A stretch of 64,000 nt of DNA from Mobula hypostoma. Taxonomy: Eukaryota. Numbering within the stretch: the stretch's first letter is position 1; each line of letters begins with the position of its first letter. Made by a program: the position numbers and the translations under genes. Under the pieces are notes generated by a model, which had not been told where the DNA came from, searched no databases, and saw only the letters and a program-made list of their open reading frames with translations. The stretch is taken from positions 48,362,001-48,426,000 of the forward strand of contig NC_086108.1 of assembly GCF_963921235.1 (NCBI RefSeq). Reading direction: 5' to 3'. Below are positions 49,246 to 62,399 of this stretch, in pieces.

Positions 49246-52200
49246 AGGATTATCTGTTGTTATTTTACTGTAAATCAACTGGAACCAGACAGTAAATTTG
49301 TTTCAAATGTTTCAATTTAAACAAAAGAAATCCCAAAGACGCCTGTGTTGTGTAGTTTCAAATTGTATGTTATGTATCTTTTAGATGTTGTGATACATTT
49401 GATAAATTGACAAATGGAATTGGGCACTCTAGCTCTGAGGAAGGGAAAATTGTTCTGGCACAGGCGCTTACATTGGAAAGAGGTTGTGTTTCCACTAAGA
49501 TGACCATACTGGCATATTTAATATCCTCAAAAGATTAGTTAAACTGAATCACAGAATGTTGGGATGACAGATACACATTTGGTAAACAATAAATTATCTA
49601 GTGTCTGTTACACGAAGGTTGTGATAGTCTGTGTAGTTCACTGTTTTTGCTTCATTTTTTTTGAGGAGTCAGAAGAAATTTCCAAGGTCTTCCAGAAACC
49701 AGCCATGAGTTTTGCCCTGAGACATCACTGTTACCTGCAGAAAGTTGTACCTGTGCTCATGTCTAATGAATGGGTGGGGTATGTTTCCAGCATCGAGAGA
49801 TACCATAGCAGTTAATTGTTGTAAAGATGGAAATGAGTGGAGATGTAATGTTACAGATCCCGCTGATTCTCAGCCAGTCATTCCACTGGAGCATTGAACC
49901 TGTGAATTTCCATAAGGTTTATGCAATTACAGCTGGAATGGTGAACGCTGGCTGAAAACAAGGTTTGGAATTCTTATACGTATTTATAGAAAAAGATAAA
50001 CATATATAAATTCTTATTTATAACATTAAAGGGTAAGTATTGAAGCTACATTCTTTGCATATAATTATTTTTCAATTCTTGGCTATCCAGAAGAATCCAG
50101 ACTAATTGAACAACATTGAGTCCAATAGATTTTTGTTTGGAAAAATTTCTGTCATCTCTGGGTAGCATAGCTAGGAAATAGAACTGAGCTGCAGTTTAGT
50201 AAAGATAAAGGTGATGGGTTGAATAGGTTCAGTGGGCAAACTCTTGTTGCAGTGTTCCCATCATCAATGGGTAAGGAATTCCAATCATGGGAAAATTAAC
50301 TGAGGATTACCTTGTTATTAGGATGGTTGATGGCATTCCCACTTTTAAAGCATTGTCATGAAGAAGGAACACAGGTATCAATATCTTGAGTTTAATGCTT
50401 TTAAAATGAAAAAGCTCTATTGCCATATTACAAACCGTGTCTAACACACAGCTAATCAAAATAGCTCATTGCTTGTATAACTGGCAAAAATTGTATTTAT
50501 TGCATTATTAGTAGCTTTAAGTTTCTTGTAAGTAAATTACTTGTACCGACTTGCTAATGTTTTGTTGCTTTGCAATTGATAATGCAAAATATTACTGTAA
50601 AATTTGTGTTGTTTCCGAGCGACAGTGTTCCCATTCATAAAACACCTAAAGATGTCAGCAAACTTGTTCAGCTATTGCTATGCATGAGGATAGATGTGAT
50701 CAACAGATTTGAATTCGTCAACTATACTTAAAACTACAAAATTCAGCAGAATTTTTATCTATTATAAAAGATTTGTTTAAAACCTGCTTCATTTAATCGC
50801 TCTTTTCTTCCACTTAACCTTAAACCAAACAGTCCAATCTAACCATCAATTTTCATTTGCCCAATTCATCTTATGACTGACCACAACCATGATATATATA
50901 CCAGTGAACTCAAGCTCAACTAAATACTTGTTGACCCTATTTATTTTATATAGTGAAGTTTGTTTAATTCATTTTGAATTAATAACTTTGTCAGTTACAT
51001 TTTAATACACTCAAACTTCCGATCAGTTGTTATAATTATGAAGACTGAAGCCTAAATTATTTCAGATAAATATCTGTAAGTTTGGCCAGCAATTCGTTTC
51101 AATGATTTTTCAATCATACAAATACTTATCAATTTTTGGCTAATTTTTAATCAAATTGTTAAATGCTCATATAGTCTTAATTTGTATATGTACATTAAAT
51201 GAGTTGTTTCATTGTGGCTTTGTACAGAGAATTGAACTTTGGTAATTTTAGTCTGTATTTTGTTGATACGTTTGAAGAACTGTCACTGCGTCATTGGAAT
51301 ATCAGCATTTTTAAACAGTATTTTCATTTTACTTTACGGCCCACACAAGCACTATAATGAAAACTATCCCACAAATCTGGTTTGGAGAGCAGAAGTAACA
51401 CCTTATGGTTTTAATATTACCCTGTAATAGAATATCGTCCATCTGGCTTTGGATCCACAGTAATGAAGTGCAGTTAGATTTGCTCTTTTTACAAACTGTT
51501 GACAATCTGCATGCGACTGGCCCAATTCCAACTCTTGTCAAGAGGTCCGTCTCAGTTTAAATAAACACCATGAAGCTGGACATAAACATTCTACATAATA
51601 GAAGTTGTTAATTATCAGAGGTGCTATAAGGTAAAGGCTGGTCATTCTATCATCTGTACACTGACAGAACACTCAGAGAAATGCACTTTAAAGCTTTGTC
51701 CATGTATGGATCAACTCTTTGTTTCACCCTTAATGCTTCTCTGTGAACACAGAATATGGTTTAGTTTAGTCTCTTGTGTTTATATTGATAGGGAAGTCGC
51801 TTGTCGCATATAGACAGTCATTATTTAACCCACATAACTGAACTGAGTACTCTATAAATATTCCTGCAGATTGTAAAGTGTTTTAAATAGTTTATTAGTC
51901 CCATCTGATCTACCTGTCACAGGCCATCGTAGTGGGAAAATCAGCATGCACCATCTAATCCATCAACACGTTCATATAGTTTCAGGATTCTGTATTGTTA
52001 TATATAAATGATAATGCAGCAATGGGGAGAGCCAAATCTTCAAGGGAAAGAAACTTCTTGCCACATCTGTAATCAATACCGATTCCCTGATTTACCCTCT
52101 AGACCCTCCATTCTAACAGACTTTCAGAACCTTATATTTTTTCTTCTCATTCTTGTAAAGTTCAAAGGGTGAATACAATCCTACTCAATCTGTCTTTGGA

Positions 52201-52422
52201 GGACAGTGCTTGAACCTAGGAATCAACCTAATAAACGTTTGTCGCACCACATCCATGCAACGTATTTCAGCTTTGAAAACCCAAACTACACACTGCATTG
52301 TTTCAGTTGCATAGTCACACTTATAATTCAGTCCCATCACAGTGAATGCCCCCAGGCTGTTTGCTTTGGAATACTACATCTCAATGAACAGTGGCTATAT
52401 TGTCAATGGAATTGAAGACTAA

Positions 52423-52901
52423 AGGCTGATTTATACTTGTGCGTATGGGCTACGCCGTAGGTCTGATTTATACTTTTGCGTAGCCCTACGCCGTAGTGAG
52501 CATGCGTAGTTGTGTCTGCGTCTCTCTGGAATTCACCGCCAAAGCGCTGGTTGGCGGTGGGGTTTCTATGCCACTGTGTTGAGTTTCTTCGTGAGAGACA
52601 TGGACGAGGAAATGCATTTCAAATATGTTCGGATGTTGGCAGGTGGATTTGACAATTTGGTTCATCGTCTCCAACCATTTATTTCGCATCAGTGTACAGA
52701 CATGGCGGAGAAAAGCAACCGGAAATGCGTAGGGGGAAATGCGATGCTACCAAGCAGACCAATCACAATTGTTGCAGTCTGCGTCGCTGCGACGCGTAAG
52801 TTACATTTTTGAGGCAGTGCATGTCACCCTATGGCGTAGGGTACGGCGTAGAGTACGCAGTACCTTCGGCGTACATTTGACGCACAAGTATAAATCAGCT
52901 T
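52423..52901 (+). mobile_element. PIF/Harbinger non-autonomous element 1 (479 bp)
   Basis: 22-bp TIRs AGGCTGATTTATACTTGTGCGT (21/22 match); TAA TSDs; internal [27 protein letters not shown] resembling a Harbinger transposase N-terminal motif. Confidence 0.85.
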
Positions 52902-52904
52902 TAA

Positions 52905-53749
52905 GGCTACGTCCACACTAGACCGGATAATTTTGAAAATGCCGGTTTCGCATAAAAATGATAGGCATCCACGCTAGGCGTTTTTCAGAATGCCTCTGTC
53001 CACATTAAAACGGATATTTGGGCAAATCTCCTCCTACTGGGCATGCGCAGGACACACAGAAAAGAAGCAAAGAGGAAACGGTATACTTGGTGTGCGTTTG
53101 TCCAGTTACAGACTAGAAAAACTTAAAAGGAAAGACTTGGTGCGTGTTGTCCAGAAACATTTCCTACAGCCATAGTCTCTTCACCGATGAAAGGGACGAC
53201 AGCTACAACTAAATGCAATAAGGCTTGTTACTGGGCAAAAGTGAAATTTGCTGTTATCTCATTTGTTTGCCTTTTGCTATGTCTTTGTGTATTATTTTGC
53301 TGTGTTTAACATGTGCAATAAAACGAGTTACTGGGCAAAAGTGACAATTGCATCTATTGAATGTTTGCACAAGCAATACATTAATAAAACACCTTGTTAA
53401 ATGTATAAAACATGTCTGCATCAGTGTTATCTTGTATTTCTATACAATGTTACATTAGGCGGTTACACATCTATTGTGGTGTTGGAGGTTGCGTTCAAGA
53501 AAACAATGGAATACTGCGCTGCCCCCACCATTTGTTCCGGCACGTCATGACAGCGTTTTTAAAACTAGCCGGTTACCCCATGTACACTACAACGCCCAAC
53601 CGGCATTTTCAGATTTAAACACTCTGGAGAGTGTTTTAGAAAAGCTTCGTTTTTGGGGGAGGAAAACGCCGTTTCAGTGTGGACGGAGGGTCAAAATGAA
53701 GAGAAAAGGCTTCGGTTACGGATTTGTCTGGTCTAGTGTGGACGTGGCC
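52905..53749. mobile_element. PIF/Harbinger non-autonomous element 2 (845 bp)
   Basis: TIRs GGCTACGTCCACACTAGACCGGATAA and TTGTCTGGTCTAGTGTGGACGTGGCC (23/26 match); TAA TSDs at 52902-52904 and 53750-53752. Confidence 0.85.
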
Positions 53750-54234
53750 TAAGACTGGTAGGATTTTGGGCACGGAGGGTCATCATGAAATGAGACAACT
53801 AGAGAGAAACATTGACTAGAATATGTCTTGGCACGCTGCAGGGGCTTTATGATCTCCTGCTGCTTTTGATCTTTGTCTTCGTCCCTGCTGCAGCCTGGAG
53901 CCACTCAAACCACTGCAACAACTCCACAGTTGGAGAAGCATTTGGGGGTGGAAGGGGTGAGCAATTATTGGCATCTGGAATAATCAGTTCCTTCAGCAGT
54001 TTGCTTTTTGCAAAACAAAAATTGGTGTATTTACAGCATCTATCACCACTGGTATCCCACAGAATAGTTCTCAGTAGAAAAATGCAGGTCATTGCTATTT
54101 ACTTATTGCTTGTGGAGGTCTAATAAAGTAGTCTGCATCCAGCATGTGTTAAAATGATCATATTCCACTTTTGTTTGAGGTGCGTTGCAGAAACATCGCC
54201 TTCAGCCATCTTCAAGGTTTTTCTTTTCTTATAG

Positions 54235-54434
54235 TTCCACCAACTATAAAGGGTGCAGGGGATTCCCCTCACTCAGTCAGTGTCCGCACTGGGAATACAG
54301 CAATTCTGGAGTGTGAATCAAATGCAGTGCCACCACCCATCATCACCTGGTTTAAGAACAGCCGCCCGGTTATTGAGTCCAGCAACATTCGAACTCTGGC
54401 CAATGGCCAAAGTCTGGAGATTACAAATGCTGAG
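54235..54434 (+). CDS. HMCN1: Hemicentin-1 exon 20: (V)PPTIKGAGDSPHSVSVRTGNTAILECESNAVPPPIITWFKNSRPVIESSNIRTLANGQSLEITNAE
   Basis: cttatag acceptor, GAG|gtaagg donor, phase 1 to 0. Confidence 0.92.
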
Positions 54435-55025
54435 GTAAGGTCTTTCAAAGAGTGGAACGTGCTTCTAGATCTCACAGTCTAAACTCTCCTTTTGCAACAA
54501 TATCACATCCCACCACCAAGTAGATCCCTAATTATAGCTAGGTAACATTTAATTTTTAATTTGATAGTAAACAAGTTATAGACATTATAAAAAATTGCAA
54601 TAAAACCAATAAAGATAGAGTACTATCTAGTCATATAGCACCAAAACAAGCCCTTCAGCCCACCAAGGCCATGAAGCACATTTTGCTCTATTTCTATGAT
54701 AAACCCATGTTATCCATCACTGATCGAACCCTGATCAAGAAACCACAATCAGCAGCAGAGAGCAAACGGCTCACTTAATTCAACAGCATTGATTGGGGTG
54801 GGGGGGGGAGTAAATGGTAACAAGGATAGAAATGCAATTACCCTGTTAATTTGTTTGACTTTTCATCCAAAATGCACAGGTTAGGAATATAGCCACGTGT
54901 AAAAGATGAAACACAATATCCATCTGCTTCCAAAAATACAAATCCAGCCCTTGAACAAATTTTTTTCTCAATCTTCTGATAATATTCCTGGTGGGTCAGT
55001 CTGGAATGCCAGCCTATTTTCTAGA

Positions 55026-58000
55026 CCGGGGTGGTAAGCCTTTTTGAGACTGTGTGCCCAAACTGGCGATAGCCTTCTAAAAAAATTCTCTCGCACGCTA
55101 TAGTAATTTGAGCAGAGAATATCATTGATTAATGAATTAGTAACAATAATTATGGATTTTTAAAGAAAAAGAACAAGTCTTGTTGCTTATTTATATTTAT
55201 TCATTATTTTTCTATTAATAAAAATATAACAAACCCAGATTGAAATAAATGAAACATTTTAGAAAACATATTCAAATATCATTAATTTTAATCTTTTAAA
55301 AAGAATTGAAAAATAATATCATTTCTAAATAGTATTGTTATATATAACATAAGAAACATAAAGGTAAACTCATAAACTTTTGTGCATATCTGTAAAAGAT
55401 CAAGGAAAGGGAAATAAACACACTTCACACGCAGTGAGACTTCTGTTGCTGCACTACAATGACAAATATTTTATATCTGATTTGTATAAGTCCACTCCTA
55501 TAATAGGCTTGAGCAAGTTCATCACTGAAAACAATGACGCATAGTGTATGTCAGTAAAATACAGTTAATATTCCCATTGCAAGAATTTTCAGACAGTTAG
55601 GAGTGTCAAGAATTCCAGAGTTTCAGAACCTCATTGTCTGGATTTTCTGCTTTGATCAAATCACAAACAAATCTCTTTCAATGTCTTCTAGTTCATCTCT
55701 TAAATCAGCAAATGTTTGCCTCCAAATTGAACTGCTTTGTAAATCAATCAAATGCATTTCAAAATTAACCAAATAAATACCCTGCAACATTTCCAAATTC
55801 AGTTTGTCTAATGTTACACTATCTTCATACTTCATAAAATGTGCAGTTTCTTCAAACGATCTTAATTTTGTGAATTTTAAAGAAAATTATTTAGTAGTTG
55901 GATGGATGATACTCAAAATTCGCATTGGAAGGCTCTAGCATTTCAGGAATTTTGATATCTGTCTTGTGGTTTTTTTTAAGGATTGGGAAATATTTAAACA
56001 TGTCATCACGTTTAAATGCTTCCAGTCTGATTTCAAAGGTTCTCATATTATCAAACAAAACAAGTGTCTTGTCAGATCCTTTGTGTTTTGGTTTTCAAGT
56101 CATTTAAATGTGAGGAGAAATCTGCAAAAAAATACATGAATCCACACAACATAAATTCTTTACACGAAAATTTTCATTGCTCAGAAACAGGCAAATTTCA
56201 TTCAAACACTCAGCAATTTGTTTAAGGATAGAAAATCTTTCTTTTTCTTTTTAAATCTTTTTATTGAGTAAGTATACAAAAAAGGTAAGCCATATAAACA
56301 TTAATACAATGTTAAAGTATAATAAAATTCCAAAAGATATCAATACCAAAAAGAAAATACTACAAACAATGTAATTTAAGCATAAGAAACCAAGATAACA
56401 TAATAGTATACTAAATTTTATATATATCAATGGAAAAAAAAGAAAAAAAAACCCCCAAAAAAACCCACCGTGCAGCTAACTAAAAGCAAGGCAAAGCAAT
56501 GGGCTAACTTGAAACCAAACAGAGTTAAACTTAAAATCACGTCCTCAATCCCGACCTCCATTAAAAACAGTGAAAAAAAAACAAGAAGGGTAAATATTAC
56601 ATTAAATGAAAATATCGAATAAAAGGTCCCCAAATCTGTTCAAATTTAAATGAAGAATCATAAAGGTTACTTCTAAAAATAGAAAATCTATTAAGCCATC
56701 AAACATTGTTGTACACAAGTAGTCTTGTATAACTGCATTCACTTCACTCAGTAAATTCTGAAATTGTCTTTATTTCAAAGCATGTCCGATAATAAAAATA
56801 ATTACCTTGGTTACAATTTTCATCACTTCTTCAAGTTTCCCTCAGGTCAGCTTTTGCAGACAAAGCCTCTTCGTGCACTATACTATGCAAGCCTACCAGT
56901 AGATGTCCAACAAATTTTGCAAATAGATTGATAGCACCTGCCTCATTTCCAGTCATGCTGGGTACACCGTCAGTTGTCATGGAAACTGTTGTTGAAAGGT
57001 TAACTTGTCGACCAGACCATTATTTTGCTACTGCCTTACATATTTCAATCCCTGGGGTGTGTTCAGGTAATGGTATTGGGTTAATCAGTAATTTGCATAT
57101 TTCATTGTCCCTTACAAAATCAAGCAATAATAGCTAGCCTAGCTGATGAATTAGTGTTCTCAAGGCAAATGGAAAGACATTTAAATAAGCCGATATCTCT
57201 TGTTAGTTTTTCCGCTATGTTTGTTCCCGTCATTAATATTCTTTTATTCTGTTGCTGCTCAATGGCAAAACCTTAATGCACTGATTTTTTTTTGGTGGAA
57301 AGCTTTCAAAAAGGAAAGGAGCACACTCTAGCCATGATTCTATAATATACTGTCCATTCAGTGATTTTCCACGTTAAGCAATAAACTTGAGACTTTAAAA
57401 TTAAGAGCAACTAAGTTTGAACTACGTGAATTAAATGTCATCAAAATATTTGACTGCATTTTTTTTGTTGTTGCTGATTTCTTGGGAAATGTGTTCTTTT
57501 TTTGTTTTTGTTCACTTTTATCATAAAGCCATTTATGAAGAGTTTCGTAATGCCATTTCTCATGAGGAAGTCCTGCACACCCACTGTGTAGGATCGTAAG
57601 ATGCATTATCTTTATTACCCTTTTTGATTACACGCTCGAAAATCTTTGCTGCTTCTCCCGTCATTTGAATATTTTTGTTAGTTTGCTGAACAATCTGAAA
57701 AGGGTTAACAATTTCAAAATATCTCACCAATTAACTTAAATAACAGTTTTACTTATAAAGTAAAATGTTTATTGAAAAAGTTATTTATTCATGGAGGCAC
57801 TAAGCTACATACACTCTTTACCATTACTATCATTGGATATCCGTTGTTCACTCACAAACAACAGAAGAAAAAATGTAAGCAGAGCAAAACCCATGTCAAC
57901 TGGCCCAACCATTTACTATTCAAATACTGTTGTGTACACCCAGTCCTGTGAGGATTTCAAAATAACATCACATATTCTCACAGCTGTCTAGTTGGTGTAA

Positions 58001-58210
58001 AGCCAGCGCAAGACAGTTCCTGTGAAAACACTTCACTGCTCTTGGGTTGTGAGAAATCATTTGCTGCTTCTTTGGCAGTAAAGATAATCATTATGTATCT
58101 TTATTATGAGTGTGGCTTAAAGAATCAAAAGGCAACACTGCATGCCGTGTGCTTACAAAGCTTTTGCATGTGCCACCTTTAGCGTGCATGCCATATGCTT
58201 GCCACCTCTG
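55026..58210 (-). mobile_element. hAT (Charlie/SPIN-like) DNA transposon with degenerate transposase
   Basis: TIRs CCGGGGTGGTAAGC and GCTTGCCACCTCTG; minus-strand motifs TTDGVPSMTG, HSIVHEEALSAK, LLVYNNV*WLNR and C-terminal QQQKSH; left flank contains TCTAGA, but the TSD is not preserved on the right. Confidence 0.8.
56239..56678 (-). mobile_element. L1 3' fragment (440 bp) nested in the hAT transposase
   Basis: Perfect 11-bp TSD ATAGAAAATCT (56228-56238 and 56679-56689); ORF2 end FRSNLYDSSFKFEQIWGPFIRYFHLM*; AATAAAAAGATTTAAAAAGAAAAAG terminus. Confidence 0.85.
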
Positions 58211-58651
58211 GAGATGCTACATACCAAAGTGATTAGAAAACAGCTTTTTTCTTAAAATTTTTATTCTGTTCTGGATTGCACAGAGGATGCTCATCAGAAA
58301 GTGGGCTGTGATTGTTGAATTGTGCCTTTTATTAATGAATAGCTTATTTTTCATCGTCACTTTGTAATCAACCATGAAAAGGACACCTAATAGAAAATAG
58401 GATATACTGTTTAGTTGTCCAAAGTTCATTGGTTATTATTGTTTGCTTTCTTTTCGATTACTACCCATCATACTTTCTTGTCAGAAGTTCCAGGCGCATT
58501 TAAGCTTTTCCTATACATGATCAGTAACTACAGAGTGATATAGTTACTGCAATTTTAAAATGTTATATCGGTTTCCACTATGATCTACAATAATTTAGTG
58601 CTTAAGGATCAGCTTTTAAAATCATTTTGAAGTTCTTTCGTTCCCAGAATC

Positions 58652-58930
58652 TATCAGGCCTTTACAGTCTACACCCAGCTAACAGGCGTCGATTGCTGAT
58701 CACCTACAATCTATTTAAACCCAATTCTCAGCCACAGTTCACTCATCAAGCCAGCTAGCCTCAGCTCCTAGGCTTCAGTTACCTTGTTACCTTGCTGTGT
58801 TAAGTGTCTTTACTCTCTTGTTTTGTGGCCTTTCATGTTATTTTGTGGTTTATTATTACAGTTACCACATCCCGCTAATTCATCTCTGCTGCTCTGCATT
58901 TGGATCAAGCCTCCTCTACATGTCCTGACA
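58652..58930 (+). mobile_element. Short solo-LTR-like element
   Basis: TATCAGG...CCTGACA near-inverted termini; TATTTAAA box; CTGCATTTGGATC near the 3' end; no TSD found. Confidence 0.45.
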
Positions 58931-59798
58931 GGCTTTCTCAGTGGTGGCTTTTAACTGCCGTGTTTAAAAGCCAATACTGAAGCTAGATGTGCAGAGGTTA
59001 TATATTTAAAATCATGCATTCCAGTAATTTCATTAGCATTCCAAAAGAAATCAGGCATTTTCCTGGGTTTTATTGAAAGGAATTTTAGACATTTGATTGC
59101 TCCATGATTAGATTTTTATGTATGAAATTTGAACTTGGCAGTCATGGAAAACCAATAGCTACCTTCTATGAGTCAAGGAAATGAGGGTGGAAATTCCATA
59201 GTGGGGGGAAAAAATGTAGGAAAGTGGTTAAAGCAATTGTTGACAGGTGGTCAATTCAGTCTGTGAGTTTTGCAAGACATATTCAAGTGAAAACAGGCAC
59301 AATCTTTATACCAACTGTCCTCAAGGCAGGGATTCAACATGTAAAATCTAGAGCTGTGTTAGTAATCAACCTCCGTATTGCAGACGCTGTTTCTGATATC
59401 CATTATACATCTTCTTTTCACTAATTAGATCTTTTTAATCCCAAATATTTTGCATTTTGTAACATTTTAATACATTCTCAGTTGCAATCCTTCTTTAAAG
59501 AAAAATACAGTTAAATTTGTTCTTTCAGATTTACCAAAATATATGGAGATCAACTTCAAAGCATGAAACTTACATTACTGGAATAATAGCACAGCTGGAA
59601 AGCCGGTTTGAAGAGCATGTCTTTATGTCTTCCATAATGTATAACTAAATTTGTATTCTGTAGCATTAAATTGTTATCCATTTGAATAGCCACAGAGCCC
59701 TCTTTGAGACTAATTTATGTGAGTTATTAATCCCCAAAATACTAAACTATTTTCAATTTTTTCTTTTGAAAATTTCTATCTTTCTTTTATTTTCTTAG

Positions 59799-59880
59799 GT
59801 TTCAGACACAGGCCAATATGTCTGTAAAGCCACAAACATTGCTGGGCAAGTGAATAAGAATTTCCACCTCAATGTACATG
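59799..59880 (+). CDS. HMCN1: Hemicentin-1 exon 21: VSDTGQYVCKATNIAGQVNKNFHLNVH
   Basis: Long pyrimidine tract + ttcttag acceptor, G|gtaagt donor, phase 0 to 1. Confidence 0.92.
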
Positions 59881-59964
59881 GTAAGTTTGTTTTGAAGATG
59901 TATAGTTTATGTCGACGTGGAGTATACATCTAATCAAAATCCAACATTGTTTCCTGTTTAATAT

Positions 59965-60390
59965 GAAAGATACTCAGCAGGTCAGGCAACATTTGTGGAG
60001 GGAGAATAACTGGGAAAATTCAGAACTAGGAAAAATCCAAAATAAAACATGAAAGAGGGAGACAGATAGAGAGGAGATAGGAGAAAGGAAAAGGTCAATG
60101 TTAAGATGAACGGGGGGGGGGCAGGGGGTGCACAGTGTTTGCTGAAAGAGGATGGCAAGGGCCAGTGAATAACAAGAGCTTTGTAAAGATTCAGTAGGTC
60201 AGGAAAAATCTGTAAAGAAGGAAACAGCTGATAATTTTATGTTAATGACCTTCCTTCAGGCATTCAGTTCTGATGGGAAATTGTTGACCCTCACTTAGTT
60301 CCTCTCTCCAAAAATGCTACCTAACCTGATTTTTTTTTCTGTCATTCAGCTTTTATGTCAGGTTTGCAGCATCTGCCACTTATTTTTGCT
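59965..60390. mobile_element. Decayed Penelope-like termini in both orientations
   Basis: ctcagcaggtcaggcaacatttgtggag (minus-type) twice, and ttctgatg...atgctacctaacctg...gcagcatctg (plus-type). Confidence 0.45.
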
Positions 60391-62399
60391 TTTGTTACGT
60401 CAGGAGAAGGTGTATATTGGACAAGAAACACGAAATCTGAAATTACTGCATGCAGAAAATGTGGGGTGCAAGACATCCTTGTGAGAATGTCTGATGTTGA
60501 AAGACCGTTAACACCCAATGACCCCAGGTTACATCACTGATGATGTGTCCCAGTGCATCCTAGGATGTATTTCAGCATCTTGACATCTTATGTGTTAATT
60601 ATAACAACTTGGATGCAAATAAGAGTTATTTATTTGGAGTATATTTGCACAGCTGTAGGTTTCCTTATCACTGAGGTGTCACCTCCCATTTTCTCCCTTA
60701 AGCTACAAACTATCCAGACAGCTGCAGAGTGTGTGCCCACACCCACTTCATTCCTTTATGTTTGAATTTCCACTCCTTCATCAAAATCTCTTCCTTCCCT
60801 AAATAAACCAACCATATGACCTTCCTCCTGGCTTCAAAAGTCCACTTCCACTAAAAAAAAAGGAACATATTGGACAGGCTAGACTACCTCATAAACAACC
60901 AAATCCTTTGAAGTGTCGTTCAAACATTGAAGTTGGTCTCTTAGGCACAAGATCCCACAAGGTGAAGTCAAAAGGCAAACTAAAGATAATTTAATATCCT
61001 GTTCCAAGAGCAGTACTTCCAACAGTGGAGCACACTTCATATTATACTAAATGGAGTTCTATAATGTACAAATCGTTTCCTGCATGGCACTCGAGTATCA
61101 GGCTAAGAAATGATTTGTTTAAAGCCTTTCATGATCTTGGTCATCCCGTGGAGGAGACAAAAGTTCTGAAATTATTATATAGGACAAAGTGAAAACTAAT
61201 ATGCATGTGGCCGGATTATGCAAACTGGGGAGACATGTGGTTCAATAATCTGTACTTCTCTTTAGGCAATGCTTAAATTTGTCTTGCTCCAAACCACCAT
61301 GGAAACTATCTGCACTTGGGAAAATTCTGCATATTTTTACATTCATTGGAGCAGGAGACCTGGCCGGTATTTCACCTCATGCAAAAGATAGCACAGCTAT
61401 TCAGTAGGATCCATGCATCTCTCTTCTACCTGCATTGTATTCTGTGTTGCACATTTATTATGACAACAAGTCACATGTGTGGTGGCGTGGTAAAAGCAAA
61501 GGGAATAAGTTGCGTATTTGTGCTTTATTCTGGGGCCCATCGGGTGACATATCTTTTGTTGATGGTTTAATCGCATTGCTTCAAGATTGTATATTTTGCT
61601 AGTTGCTAATAAAAGGCAGACTACAGTTCTTCGACGTTTTGGAACATTATTATTGGATTGATCAGAGGGCGCATCGTACAAGGATAACAACCACCCCATG
61701 CTAGGTTGCCAGTAGCCGCATTGGTTTGTTTGAGTTGAGGGTACACATTCATGAAATTGCACAAGTGCGCTTCTGGAAATCTCTTCATAAAGAAAAAATT
61801 CATAACTCCAAAGACTGGGGGAAATTGCTGAAGAGTTCTTCTATATTGAGTGCTTCTCTGAAAAGAGGGTGACACACTATTCTTTATTGCAAAAAAAATC
61901 ATAATCACGTGCCCCAGAGAGTTTGTGACATTAAAGTGAAAATGTTTGTAAATCTGGGAATACCTGTACCTCCAACAGTACAAGACTTCCGCAGTACTGC
62001 ACTGCACTTTTATCCTGCGGTAGTAAACTCAGCTTCTGGAGGATTACTTCAACTTCTGAGCTCAACACCACAAAATAAATGCTCAGCCGTCTTGAATGAG
62101 CAACCCTCTGGCTCAGGAACATGTGTTTTGTTAGGACCAATGCCAACATGTGAGTCCTCTCTCCTTCAACATCCACATTCTCCATGCCCTGAGGGTATCT
62201 CTGTGCATGTGAGGTGCTTAGAAGAAACCTAAGTTAGAAAATTATTAGGAACAATTGCAAAAATTCAAGACCCAACTTTTTGACTTCTTCCCTGGCACTT
62301 CAAATGGTGACAGAAGGAGCTCAGTGCCAGAATCAGGGATATGGAAAATTGTTACTTCACAGCTATTTGCAGAAGCAGAATTATTATTGTCATTTTTTG

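Noticed and set aside
48091..54234. A missing HMCN1 exon in the longer introns
   Set aside because: Phases and Ig-domain halves are complete and continuous across all identified exons, so no extra exon is required.
55018..58218. 8-bp TSD for the large hAT element
   Set aside because: The left flank TTTCTAGA and right flank GAGATGCT do not match, so no TSD is claimed.
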